32,000 nucleotides of DNA, taken from contig NC_000918.1 in NCBI RefSeq assembly GCF_000008625.1, positions 1,200,001-1,232,000 on the forward strand, given 5' to 3'. Shown here piece after piece: positions 1-9,811 of this stretch (its first letter is position 1; the number at the start of each line of letters is the position of its first letter). The notes under the pieces were generated by a model. The model did not search any database. It saw only the letters and a program-made list of their open reading frames with translations, and had not been told where the DNA came from. The position numbers and the translations under genes are program-made. This DNA comes from Aquifex aeolicus VF5 (GTDB taxonomy: Bacteria > Aquificota > Aquificia > Aquificales > Aquificaceae).

Positions 1-458
1 ACTTTGTTTTCTTTTACGTAGTTTACGGTGAGGCTTATACCGTCTAAGGCAATTGAACCCTTTTCAACTACGTAGATGCTCCACTCCTCCGGTATCTCAA
101 TTACGAGTTCGTAGTGTTCTCCTAAAAAGTTGAAGGATTTTACAGGAGCTGTGAAGTCAACGTGTCCCTGGACTATATGGCCGCCGAGTCGCTCTCCTAC
201 CCTCAAAGCCCTCTCAAGGTTTACGTAATCCCCCGTTTTTAATTTTCCTAGGTTTGTCCTTTTCAGCGTTTCGGGAGAAACGTCAAAGGTTAAGGTAGAG
301 CTTTTAATGTCCACGACGGTGAGGCAAGCTCCGTTTACTGAAACGCTGTCCCCTAACTTTACGTCCTCTAATTTAGTCTCAACGCTCAGTTTAGCCCCTT
401 TAGAACTCAAGGTTAAGTTCTTTACCTTCCCTAAGTCCTCTACTAATCCCGTGAACAT
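1..458 (-). CDS. ribE: Riboflavin synthase alpha chain, N-terminal 152 codons (C-terminus lies beyond the left edge)
   Basis: Absent from the ORF track because it runs off the window. Reverse-strand translation from the ATG at 456-458 reads [19 protein letters not shown]... It stays open to base 1, ending ...[20 protein letters not shown], which matches the riboflavin synthase N-terminus and its GSIALDGxSLTV repeat motif. Confidence 0.75.
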
Positions 459-459
459 C

Positions 460-1425
460 TTATATAGCCAGTCTCGTGTTTAGTTTGTAAGCTTCCCTGT
501 CTATTGGTTTGTATTCCTGAGCTTTTTCGAAGTCCTCTATGTAAAACTTGCCCTTTTCGTAGGCAACAAATCCTGAGCGTTCTCCTGCGATGAGACTCTC
601 ATAAGCCACAACTCCGAACTTTGTTCCCATTATCCTGTCAAAGTGGGTTGGTATTCCTCCTCTCTGGATATGTCCCAGAACGGTTGAGCGTATCTCCCCG
701 TACTTATCACCGATCTTTTCCAGAAGGAAGTCTTCCAGTTCCTTTGCACGGCAATATCCTTCTGCGAGGACTATTATGAAGTGGAGTTTCCCCAGTTTCT
801 TAGCCTTTTCTATCTCCTCGGGGATTTGTTCCCTCGGGAATCTCTCTTCGGGAATGAGTATGAGTTCAGCACCCGTGGCGAGTCCAGCCTCAACTGCTAT
901 AAACCCTCTGTTTCTTCCCATAACCTCTACTATGAAAATCCTCTCGTGAGAGCTTGCGGTGTCCCTTATCTTGTCTATCGCGTCAACGGCGTTCCTGAGG
1001 GCTGTGTCGTAGCCTATGCAGTACTCAGTTCCACCAACGTCGTTGTCTATGGTACAGGGAACGCCTATTACTGGAATTCCCGTTTCTTCCGCGGTGAGTT
1101 TTGCACCCGCAAGTGTTCCCTCACCCCCGAGAATTATTAAAGCCTCTATACCCTGTTCATTTAGGTTTTTATAAGCCTTCTCCCTGTACTCGAGTTTTTT
1201 GTATCTGGGGTCCCTTGAGGACAGGAGTATTGTTCCTCCCCTGTCCAGAATTCCCCCCACGTCTCTGGAGGTGAGTTTAATAAAATCTCCTTCTATTAAT
1301 CCTTTATAGCCTCTCTTTATGCCGATTACTTCGTGTCCTTCCCTTTCGGCGCTCCTCACAACAGCCCTGATTACGGCATTCATACCGGGGGCGTCACCCC
1401 CGGCGGTAAGAATTCCTATCCTCAT
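460..1425 (-). CDS. pfkA: ATP-dependent 6-phosphofructokinase
   Basis: 321 aa with [14 protein letters not shown] and [11 protein letters not shown] signatures. The start ATG overlaps the metE stop (ATGA), and its stop lies 1 nt from the ribE start. Confidence 0.93.
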
Positions 1426-3707
1426 ACTTTTACACCTACCTCTTCCCTGAGTTCCTTTGCCATGTCAACCATGTTCCTGAGTGCGGGTATCACTTCTTCC
1501 CACCTTCTCGTTTTGAGCCCGCAGTCCGGATTAACCCACAGGAGTTCTTTAGGAAGTACCTTCATAGCTCTTAGCATTATAGCCTTCATCTCTTCCTTCG
1601 TAGGAATAGCGGGTGAGTGAATGTCGTAAACACCTATACCTATCTGTCTGTCCCATCCCTTGAACTTTTCAAAGACTTCTATTATTTCACCCTTGCTCCT
1701 TGACGCCTCTATGGATATGACGTCAAAGTCCATTTGGTATATGTACTCAATTATCTCGTTAAACTCCGAGTAGCACATGTGGGTGTGTATCTGGGTCTCG
1801 GGTTTTGCCCTGGATGCGAGTCTGAAGGCTTTCACTGCCCAATCAAAGTACTCGGGCCAATCTCTCTTCTTTAAGGGTGCTCCTTCCCTGAAGGCAGGTT
1901 CGTCTATCTGTATGACTTTAATTCCTGCATTTTCAAGGTCCTTGACTTCATCCAGAAGCGCAAGGGCTATCTGGTAGGCTATTTCTCTCTTTGGAACGTC
2001 TTCACGGTAGTAGCTCCAGTTTAGGATTGTGACGGGACCGGTCAGCATTCCCTTTACGGGTTTGTTTGTGAGCGATTGGGCGTAGGTTATCTCCTCAAGG
2101 GTCATAGGGGCGGGTCTTGAAACGTCTCCGTATATTATAGGAGGTCTGTAAACTCTGGAGCCGTAGGAGAGAACCCACCCGTGTTTTGTGGTAGCTATGC
2201 CGTCGAGCTTTATGGCGAAGTACTCAACCATGTCTGAACGTTCAAACTCTCCGTGAACGAGGACGTCAAGCCCTATGTCTTCCTGAACCTCAATAGCGTA
2301 CTTTATCTTTTGCTTAATGAAGTTCTTGTACTCCTCTTCCGATATTTTCCCTGTTCTGTAAGCGGTTCTCATCTTCCTTACGTCTTCCGTCTGTGGGAAA
2401 GAACCTATCGTGGTCGTGGGAAAAAGCGGGAGCTTGAGTATATCCCTCTGTATCTTGTCCCTTTCCTTGTAAGGTAGTTCCCTCTGGAAGTCCTTTTCGC
2501 TGAGGCTTGCGAGTCTCCTCCTGACTTCCGGATTTTGTGCAAAGACAGCGGTCATTACTTTTTCGGAGCTTTCTACTTCCCTTAATGCCTCTTCTTTTCC
2601 TTCAAGGGCTTCTTTTATCAGTCTTATCTCTCTGAGTTTCTCCTTTGCGAAGGAGAGTCTTTCCTTTAGACCTTCGGGTAGTTCGTCTTCCGGTTCAACG
2701 GTCACCGGAAGGTGGTAAAGGGGACATGAATTTGAAACGACTAAGTTCGCTGAAACTTTGAGGAGCTCCTCAAGGAGTTTAACCTTCTCTCTTAAGTTAG
2801 CCCTCCAGGGCTGTCTCCCGTTGATTATCCCAGCTATCAGTTCCTTATCTTCTGGAAAGCCCTTTTCCTTTATGTTCTTTAAGTTTTCTTCGTTAGAAAC
2901 GAGGTCAAAGTGAAGGGCTTTCACGGGGAGGTTTACGAATTTATCGTAATCAGAAACGCTGTCGTAGTAGGTGAGTATTCCGAGGTCCACTCCCACCTTT
3001 GAGAGTTCGGAGTATATCTCGTTAAGAATTTCCCAGTCGTAGTCCTCTAAATCCGTAACGAGAGCAGGTTCTTCAAAGTGAACCCTGTTTACTCCTTCAT
3101 TTTTTAGGCTTTCAAGGAGTTCTTTGTAAACCGGTAGAAGGGCTTTTGTGAACTTCTCCAGTCTTTCTTTTGTGTCCAGTTTTTCGAGTATTATTACGGG
3201 GAGTCCTTCTTCTTCAACTCTTTTGGGAGCTTTTGAGAGTTTTAGGAATGTAAAGAGTCCTATCACGTGGGGAACCGTGTTTATACCCTTTTCCTTGAAG
3301 AATTTGTAATCCTCAAGGGGCCTGTTTATTAGAAGCTTAAAATTTTCTCCTTCAAGTTCCGGAACGAGGTAGTGGTAGTTGGTGTTGAACCACTTTGTGA
3401 GCTCAAGGGCGTTTTTGCCCCTTGCCATCTCAAAGTATGTGTCAAGTCCTCTGTATTCGCCAAAGCGGGAGGGAATAGCTCCGACCATTACGGTGGTGTC
3501 AAGCATGAAGTCGTAGTAAGAGAGCTCGTTTGAGGGAATTATTTCAACGTTTTCCCTGTATAGGTTTGCCCTCCACAGGTTTAGCTCTTCCATTCCCTTT
3601 ATTAGTTCTTCTTGGGAGATTTTGCCCTTCCAGTAGTTTTCAAGAAGTCTTTTAAACTCCCTTTTTTCACCGAGCTTAGGAAAACCAAAAGCGTAGGTTT
3701 TTACCAT
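1422..3707 (-). CDS. metE: Cobalamin-independent methionine synthase (5-methyltetrahydropteroyltriglutamate-homocysteine methyltransferase)
   Basis: 761-aa two-domain protein with C-terminal Zn-site motifs HTHMCYSEF and NPDCGLKTR. Strong SD: GGAGGAGAAATCC then ATG. Confidence 0.95.
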
Positions 3708-3751
3708 GGATTTCTCCTCCTTTTAGAACTTCTTATTTTAAAATATCTTTT

Positions 3752-4672
3752 ATGAAAAGGGACTTTGTAGACCTGTGGGATTTAAGTCCCAAAGAGGCAT
3801 GGGAGATAGTAAAAAAAACCCTGAAAGTTAAAAAGGGAGAAGAAGAACTTGGAAAACCGCTTTCCGGGAAAACGATAGCCCTTCTCTTCACAAAGCCCTC
3901 AACGAGGACAAGGGTTTCCTTTGAAGTGGGAATTTATCAGCTCGGCGGGAATTCCTTATTTTTTCAAGAGAAAGAGCTACAAGTTTCCAGGGGGGAGGAC
4001 GTAAGAGATACCGCAAGAACACTGTCAAAATACGTTGACGGGGTGATAGTGAGAAATCACTCCCACACGTGGTTGAAGGAGTTTGCAAATTTCGCGAGCG
4101 TTCCGGTTATAAACGCTTTGACCAACATGTCCCATCCCTGTCAGATACTGAGTGATGTGTTCACACTTTACGAACACTACGGTGAGGAACTTAAAAACCT
4201 AAAGGTAGCCTACGTGGGGGACGGGAACAACGTGTGCAATACCTTAATGGTCGGGGCGGGGATGTTCGGACTGAAACTCTTCGTGGCAACCCCTGAAGGT
4301 TACGAGCCAAATTCCTATTACTACAAAAAAGCACTTGAGTTTTCAAAGGAAAACGGCGGGAGCGTGGAACTAACTAACAACCCGGTGGAATCGGTAAAAG
4401 ATGCGGATGTCGTTTACACGGACGTTTGGGTAAGCATGGGAGAAGAAAACAAAAACATAGAAGCGTTTTTACCTTATCAGGTAAACGAAAAACTCCTCTC
4501 TTTCGCAAAGAGTTCCGTCAAAGTAATGCACTGCCTCCCTGCAAAGAAAGGGCAGGAGATTACCGAAGAGGTTTTTGAGAAGAACGCTGACTTTATATTC
4601 ACGCAGGCGGAAAACAGACTGCACACACAGAAGACACTCATGGAGTTCCTATTCAGAGAACCTCAAGCTTAG
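3752..4672 (+). CDS. argF: Ornithine carbamoyltransferase
   Basis: 306 aa with STRTR, HPCQ, DVWVSMG and HCLPA motifs (OTCase rather than ATCase pattern). No SD; TAAAAT at 3739-3744 lies 7 nt before the ATG. Confidence 0.92.
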   Translation: MKRDFVDLWDLSPKEAWEIVKKTLKVKKGEEELGKPLSGKTIALLFTKPSTRTRVSFEVGIYQLGGNSLFFQEKELQVSRGEDVRDTARTLSKYVDGVIVRNHSHTWLKEFANFASVPVINALTNMSHPCQILSDVFTLYEHYGEELKNLKVAYVGDGNNVCNTLMVGAGMFGLKLFVATPEGYEPNSYYYKKALEFSKENGGSVELTNNPVESVKDADVVYTDVWVSMGEENKNIEAFLPYQVNEKLLSFAKSSVKVMHCLPAKKGQEITEEVFEKNADFIFTQAENRLHTQKTLMEFLFREPQA

Positions 4673-5735
4673 CCTTCAGGGCTCCCGCCGACTTTATAGC
4701 TTGGAGAACCTGGATTATTTCTCGCGGTGTTGCTCCTATAGAGTTCAGAGCGTCAACGAGTTCGGAAACAGTAGTTCCCTTTATTTGAACGAGTCTCTTT
4801 TTCTCCTCCTTTACTTTTACTTCGGTTCTGGGAACGACCTTTGTCTCTCCGGGAGAAAGGGGAGGGGGCTGGACGACTTCAGGCCTTTCCTTTATCTCCA
4901 CAACTAATGACCCGACCGCTACGGCAACGGGTTCAATACTAACGTTCCCACCGAGGAGCACTATACCAGAGCGTCCGTCAATTACAACTTTGGCTACACT
5001 TGACGTGCTAACCTCTAAGTTCTCTACTTTTGCAAGAAAGTCCACGGGACTGTAACCCTCGGGAATTTTTACCCTGATTGTGGCACTGTCTACAGCCTTT
5101 GCTATGTTCTTTCCAAAAGCCCTGTTTATTACGTCCTGGACGTTTTTTGCCGTGGTAAAGTCTGGTTCGTCAAGGTATATGTTTACCTCCTTAAAGTCTG
5201 CTGAGAAGGGAAGATCCTTTTCCAGAATCGCACCGTTTGGGATTCTCCCTACGGTAGGCACGTTCTTTACCTGAGCGGCTCCCCTCCCTCTTGCCTCATA
5301 TCCGCCCACTATTACCTGTCCCTGGGCTATGGCGTAAACCTTTCCGTCAGGCCCTCTCAAAGGTGTCATTAAAAGAGTTCCACCCTCAAGACTTTTGGCG
5401 TCTCCGATGGAGGAGACCTCAACGTCAAATCTCATCCCCGCCTTTGCGTAGGGAGGAACTTTTGCGGTAACCATTACGGCGGCTACGTTTTTGACCGTTA
5501 TCCTCCTTGGATCTACGGGAATGCCCATTCTCCTGAGCATGTTCGCAAGACTCTGAACGGTAAACTGGGTAGCTTTACCGTCCCCCGTGCCCTTAAGCCC
5601 TACAACCAGCCCATAGCCTATGAGGTAGTTATACCTGTTTCCCTCTATAGTCGCTATGTCTTTTATTCTGGCTCCAAAGGTGAGAGAAACCAATATTAAA
5701 AGGGAAACAATATAGCGAATATTTTTGCAAGCCAT
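4653..5735 (-). CDS. flgI: Flagellar P-ring protein FlgI
   Basis: 360 aa with an N-terminal signal peptide and the GYGLVVGLKGTGD FlgI signature. SD GGGGGTGA lies 6 nt upstream of the ATG. The start overlaps the flgH 3' end by 40 nt. Confidence 0.92.
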   Translation of the reverse strand: MACKNIRYIVSLLILVSLTFGARIKDIATIEGNRYNYLIGYGLVVGLKGTGDGKATQFTVQSLANMLRRMGIPVDPRRITVKNVAAVMVTAKVPPYAKAGMRFDVEVSSIGDAKSLEGGTLLMTPLRGPDGKVYAIAQGQVIVGGYEARGRGAAQVKNVPTVGRIPNGAILEKDLPFSADFKEVNIYLDEPDFTTAKNVQDVINRAFGKNIAKAVDSATIRVKIPEGYSPVDFLAKVENLEVSTSSVAKVVIDGRSGIVLLGGNVSIEPVAVAVGSLVVEIKERPEVVQPPPLSPGETKVVPRTEVKVKEEKKRLVQIKGTTVSELVDALNSIGATPREIIQVLQAIKSAGALKAKLEVL

Positions 5736-6346
5736 CCGGGTTCACCCCCTCTTACGATATAGCCCCTGCCCTCAAAAAATATCTCCATGTCCGCTATCTT
5801 GTCGCTCGTTACAGTGTTATTAGAGTCTATGTCTTCGGGTCTCACTATTCCCCTCAGGAGGAATTCTCTCTTTACTCCGTTTACCTCTATGTACTTTTTC
5901 GCCTCCACGAGCATAGTTCCGTTCGGAAATACCTTAACCACCCTCCCAGCTAGAGTAGTTGTAAGAACTCCAGACTGCTGGAACTTGCTCCCACCTTTAG
6001 ATGCAAAGGAAGACTTTCCCCCCGCACCCAAGTTCTTGAGCGTTGCGGGGTGCACTCCAAAGAAGGAAGATATAGCGTTAGAAAAGGAAGTGCTCCTTCC
6101 CACGTTCGTGGATACACTCTCTATGGCGTTTATACTCTCAATCACCCTTATGTAAATTACGTCCCCAACTTCTGAAGCCCTTACCGAGCCGTAGAGGTAG
6201 GCACTTTGCGGGCTTTTAAAAAGGCTTCCCCTTGTAGGCTTTTCTTCCTTGTAGGTTTTGGGAAAGGAGTAAGTATACTTTTTCTTACTTTCCACTTTTG
6301 TGGAACAGGAAATTATAAATATCAAGGCGAAAAACAGGTATAGCAT
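5696..6346 (-). CDS. flgH: Flagellar L-ring lipoprotein FlgH
   Basis: 216 aa with a lipoprotein signal and lipobox (LIFIISC). FlgH-like body, and it sits directly upstream of flgI. Confidence 0.88.
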   Translation of the reverse strand: MLYLFFALIFIISCSTKVESKKKYTYSFPKTYKEEKPTRGSLFKSPQSAYLYGSVRASEVGDVIYIRVIESINAIESVSTNVGRSTSFSNAISSFFGVHPATLKNLGAGGKSSFASKGGSKFQQSGVLTTTLAGRVVKVFPNGTMLVEAKKYIEVNGVKREFLLRGIVRPEDIDSNNTVTSDKIADMEIFFEGRGYIVRGGEPGWLAKIFAILFPF

Positions 6347-6360
6347 AGCCCCTCACTAAA

Positions 6361-6393
6361 AATATAGCAATCTGAGTAACTTTTTGCTATAAT
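6361..6393. promoter_or_regulatory. Mirror-symmetric divergent promoter pair, or palindromic operator, between flgH and fabG
   Basis: Perfect 8-bp inverted repeat TATAGCAA (6363-6370) / TTGCTATA (6384-6391) with a 13-nt spacer. On the + strand it reads TAGCAA-N17-TATAAT; on the - strand it reads TAGCAA-N17-TATATT. Confidence 0.45.
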
Positions 6394-6405
6394 GACAAAA
6401 GCATA

Positions 6406-7152
6406 ATGGAAATAAAACTCCAGGGCAAGGTTTCCCTCGTAACGGGTTCCACAAGAGGAATAGGAAGGGCGATAGCGGAAAAACTCGCATCCGCGGGGAG
6501 CACCGTCATAATAACGGGTACTTCTGGAGAAAGGGCAAAGGCTGTTGCGGAGGAAATCGCAAACAAATACGGAGTGAAGGCTCACGGTGTTGAGATGAAC
6601 CTTTTATCAGAAGAAAGCATTAACAAGGCCTTTGAAGAAATTTACAACCTTGTAGACGGTATAGATATACTCGTCAACAACGCGGGAATAACGAGGGACA
6701 AGCTCTTTTTAAGGATGAGTCTTCTGGACTGGGAAGAAGTTCTGAAGGTAAACTTAACGGGAACTTTTTTAGTCACACAGAACTCGCTGAGAAAGATGAT
6801 AAAGCAGAGATGGGGAAGGATAGTTAATATTTCTTCCGTTGTAGGTTTTACGGGTAACGTTGGACAGGTAAATTACTCCACCACAAAAGCTGGGCTGATA
6901 GGTTTTACCAAATCCCTTGCAAAGGAACTCGCTCCGAGGAACGTTCTTGTGAACGCGGTAGCTCCGGGATTTATAGAAACGGACATGACTGCGGTTTTAT
7001 CCGAGGAAATTAAGCAGAAGTATAAGGAACAAATCCCCCTCGGGCGGTTCGGAAGTCCCGAGGAGGTTGCAAACGTGGTTTTATTCCTTTGTTCTGAGCT
7101 TGCAAGTTATATAACGGGTGAAGTAATTCACGTAAACGGAGGAATGTTTTAA
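6406..7152 (+). CDS. fabG: 3-oxoacyl-ACP reductase
   Basis: 248-aa SDR with TGSTRGIGRAIA, NNAG and YSTTKAG (Y-x3-K) motifs. Followed by acpP-fabF. Confidence 0.93.
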   Translation: MEIKLQGKVSLVTGSTRGIGRAIAEKLASAGSTVIITGTSGERAKAVAEEIANKYGVKAHGVEMNLLSEESINKAFEEIYNLVDGIDILVNNAGITRDKLFLRMSLLDWEEVLKVNLTGTFLVTQNSLRKMIKQRWGRIVNISSVVGFTGNVGQVNYSTTKAGLIGFTKSLAKELAPRNVLVNAVAPGFIETDMTAVLSEEIKQKYKEQIPLGRFGSPEEVANVVLFLCSELASYITGEVIHVNGGMF

Positions 7153-7164
7153 AGGAGGTAAGGT

Positions 7165-7401
7165 ATGAGTTTAGAAGAGAGGGTCAAGGAAATTATTGCG
7201 GAACAACTTGGAGTTGAGAAGGAAAAGATAACTCCCGAGGCAAAATTCGTTGAGGACCTCGGGGCGGATTCTCTTGACGTCGTTGAACTCATAATGGCCT
7301 TTGAAGAGGAGTTCGGTATTGAGATCCCTGACGAGGACGCGGAAAAGATACAGACTGTCGGGGATGTAATAAATTACCTTAAAGAAAAGGTAGGAGGATG
7401 A
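7165..7401 (+). CDS. acpP: Acyl carrier protein
   Basis: 78 aa with the DLGADSLD phosphopantetheine-attachment motif. SD AAAGGAGGT is upstream. Confidence 0.96.
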   Translation: MSLEERVKEIIAEQLGVEKEKITPEAKFVEDLGADSLDVVELIMAFEEEFGIEIPDEDAEKIQTVGDVINYLKEKVGG

Positions 7402-8645
7402 AGAGAAGAGTTGTTATCACCGGCATCGGGGCGGTTACGCCCCTTGGAACAGGCGTAAAGAAGTTCTGGGAAAACCTTGTAAAGGGTGTAAGCGGTGTTG
7501 ATTACATAAAGAGCTTTAACCCCGACGAATACGGAATACCCGTAAAGATAGCGGCGGAAGTAAAGGACTTTAATCCAGAAGACTTTATGGATAAAAAAGA
7601 GGCGAGAAAAGCCTCCCGCTTTGTCCAGTTTGCAATAGCTGCGGTAAAGGAAGCCCTTGAAGACAGCGGACTCCTTGAAAGTGAGTACGACCCTTACAGA
7701 GTAGGGGTAATTATAGGGACAGGAATTGGCGGTCTCAAGGATATAGAAGATCAGACTTTAATCCTTAAAGAAAAGGGAGCGAGAAGGGTATCTCCCTTTT
7801 TCATACCCTACGGCATATCCAACATGGCTTCGGGGCTTGTGGCCATAAAGTGGGGCTTTAAAGGTCCAAATTACTGCGTGACTTCCGCCTGTGCTACGGG
7901 AAACCACGCTATAGGAGACGCCTTCAGACTCATTCAAAAGGGTGATATAGACATTGCTATAGCGGGAGGAACGGAAGCTGCGATAACCCCCCTCGGTGTT
8001 GCGGGATTTGCATCCATGAAGGCACTCTCTACGAGGAACGACGAGCCCCAGAAAGCTTCAAGACCCTTTGACAGGGACAGGGACGGCTTCGTAATGGGAG
8101 AAGGAGCAGGAATACTGATTTTGGAAGAATACGAGAGGGCAAAGGCAAGGGGTGCGAAGATATACGCTGAACTCGTGGGCTACGGTGCAACCGACGACGC
8201 TTACCACATAACTTCCCCCCACGAGTGCGGTGAGGGAGCTTACGAGTGCATGAGGTTAGCACTGGAAGACGCTGGAATTAAACCCGAAGAGGTGGATTAC
8301 ATAAACGCCCACGGAACATCAACACCGCTCAACGACAAAACAGAGACGATGGCGATAAAGCAGCTCTTCGGAGAACACGCATACAAACTTAAAATTTCTT
8401 CAAACAAGTCCATGATAGGGCACCTGCTCGGAGCCGCAGCGGCTGTGGAAGCTGTAGCAACGATAAAAACCATAGAAACTGGAGTGATACCTCCTACCAT
8501 TAACCTGGAAAACCCCGATCCAGAGTGTGATCTGGACTACGTTCCAAACAAAGCCGTGGAATACCCCGTAAGGGTTGCACTTTCTAACGCCTTTGGTTTT
8601 GGAGGAACTAACGCAACGCTAGTGTTCAGAAAAATAGAAGAATGA
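7398..8645 (+). CDS. fabF: 3-oxoacyl-ACP synthase II
   Basis: 415 aa with active-site Cys in TSACATG, plus [16 protein letters not shown] and a C-terminal [18 protein letters not shown] overlap with the acpP stop. Confidence 0.95.
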   Translation: MKRRVVITGIGAVTPLGTGVKKFWENLVKGVSGVDYIKSFNPDEYGIPVKIAAEVKDFNPEDFMDKKEARKASRFVQFAIAAVKEALEDSGLLESEYDPYRVGVIIGTGIGGLKDIEDQTLILKEKGARRVSPFFIPYGISNMASGLVAIKWGFKGPNYCVTSACATGNHAIGDAFRLIQKGDIDIAIAGGTEAAITPLGVAGFASMKALSTRNDEPQKASRPFDRDRDGFVMGEGAGILILEEYERAKARGAKIYAELVGYGATDDAYHITSPHECGEGAYECMRLALEDAGIKPEEVDYINAHGTSTPLNDKTETMAIKQLFGEHAYKLKISSNKSMIGHLLGAAAAVEAVATIKTIETGVIPPTINLENPDPECDLDYVPNKAVEYPVRVALSNAFGFGGTNATLVFRKIEE

Positions 8646-9214
8646 GGGTAATACTCGCATCCACCTCTCCCCGTCGCTCTCAAATCCTTTCACTTCTGGG
8701 TATTGAGTTTGAAGTAATTCCCGCAAAAGTAGAAGAGGAAGTTATTCCTGGAAAGCCCGTACTCACTGCGAGAAAACTCGCAAAAGAAAAAGCACTGAGC
8801 GTCTGGAGAGAAAACAGGGACGCTGTGGTGATAGGGGCGGATACTTTGGTCTTTCTGGGAAATGAAATAATCGGAAAACCTAAGGACGAAAAAGATGCGG
8901 TTAACATACTGAAAAAGCTCTCGGGAAAGTGGCATTCGGTCGTTACGGCTCTCTGCGTTTACTCACCAGAAAAGGTATTTTTAACTCACGACATAGCAAA
9001 GGTAAAGTTCAGGGAACTGAGCAAAGAGGAAATAATTTCTTACGTGAAGAGCGGAGAGCCCATGGACAAGGCCGGGGCTTACGGAGTTCAGGGCTTTGGT
9101 GCGACGATAGTGGAGAGGATTCACGGGAACTTCTATACGGTTATGGGACTTCCAATAGTTAAACTGTACAAAATCCTGAGGGAACTCAATCTCCTTGCTG
9201 GTACTTTTTCTTAA
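8642..9214 (+). CDS. maf: Maf-like nucleoside triphosphate pyrophosphatase (septum formation inhibitor family)
   Basis: 190 aa with [13 protein letters not shown] and KAGAYGVQG motifs. ATGA overlap with the fabF stop. Confidence 0.88.
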   Translation: MRVILASTSPRRSQILSLLGIEFEVIPAKVEEEVIPGKPVLTARKLAKEKALSVWRENRDAVVIGADTLVFLGNEIIGKPKDEKDAVNILKKLSGKWHSVVTALCVYSPEKVFLTHDIAKVKFRELSKEEIISYVKSGEPMDKAGAYGVQGFGATIVERIHGNFYTVMGLPIVKLYKILRELNLLAGTFS

Positions 9215-9374
9215 TAGCTTCTTCAAACCTCTTTGCGAACTTTTTGTAAATCCAGTTTGAGATAAGGATAATAACAATTAATAGGGGAAAACCAACGATA
9301 ATTGCAATAATAAAGGCGTAAATTTCCGCACCTATGAGTATGAGGATCTTTTTTATTGTTTCCCAGAGTTCCAT
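9186..9374 (-). CDS. Small hydrophobic membrane protein (62 aa), function unknown
   Basis: A long hydrophobic core (ILILIGAEIYAFIIAIIVGFPLLIVIILISNWIY) is followed by a basic tail. It starts 10 nt after the hemerythrin stop. No SD is visible. Confidence 0.45.
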   Translation of the reverse strand: MELWETIKKILILIGAEIYAFIIAIIVGFPLLIVIILISNWIYKKFAKRFEEAIKKKYQQGD

Positions 9375-9384
9375 AAAGTTTATT

Positions 9385-9780
9385 TTAATCTCCGAGTTGC
9401 TGGGCAGTTGTGGAATCCCACCTCGCCACGTGGCTCTTTAGCCAAGGGACGAACTCCTCCTTCAGAAACCTCACCACTTCCTCGGGGTTCTTTTCTTTTT
9501 TCCATTTGTCGTAAACTTCCTTAAAGCGTTTTCTCATAGTGTCATGCTCCGCCTTGTGCATGGGGTAAGCGAAGAACTCAAACTCCCTCATAAGTTCCTC
9601 TTCGGTGGTAAAATGATCCTCCAGATCCACGAGCAGTTCGTCCATGAGTTGATCCGCCTTTTCCACGTCTTTCTTCATGAGAGTGTCGTAGAGTTGGTTC
9701 AGGAGTCTAATCTCCTCTTCGTGAACAGTATCCATGAACAGGTTTCCGACTTTTTGAACTTTATTCGGCCTTATGAGCAT
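9385..9780 (-). CDS. Hemerythrin-like metal-binding protein (bacteriohemerythrin family)
   Basis: 131 aa. His/Glu/Asp ligand pattern: VHEEE, DHFTTEEE, HKAEH, SHVARWD. Confidence 0.8.
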   Translation of the reverse strand: MLIRPNKVQKVGNLFMDTVHEEEIRLLNQLYDTLMKKDVEKADQLMDELLVDLEDHFTTEEELMREFEFFAYPMHKAEHDTMRKRFKEVYDKWKKEKNPEEVVRFLKEEFVPWLKSHVARWDSTTAQQLGD

Positions 9781-9811
9781 AAATTAAAATGTAAGTAAAA
9801 ATTCACATACG

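Noticed and set aside
781-1140. 119-aa plus-strand ORF inside pfkA. Similar antisense ORFs occur at 1333-1620, 5787-6155, 6322-6585, 10514-10956, 11665-12140, 22230-22691, 24042-24455 and 29766-30225.
   Set aside because: All lie opposite strongly supported conserved genes. They have junk-like composition and lack SD or promoter context.
1385-1403. Perfect 7-bp GC hairpin CCGGGGG-CGTCA-CCCCCGG near the 5' end of pfkA
   Set aside because: It encodes the invariant GGDAPG motif. Gly (GGN) and Pro (CCN) codons are inherently complementary, so the palindrome is most simply a by-product of the protein sequence.
3708-3751. Expected a cobalamin or SAM riboswitch upstream of metE
   Set aside because: Only 44 nt separate metE from the divergent argF, and the metE SD lies directly next to the ATG. 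That is too short for any known riboswitch aptamer.
6347-6405. Sigma54 (TGGCAC-N5-TTGC) or sigma28 promoter for flgH
   Set aside because: A TTGCT element is present, but the -24 GG element is missing (TTAC instead). No TAAA-N15-GCCGATAA match is seen. The sigma70-like palindromic arrangement explains the sequence better.
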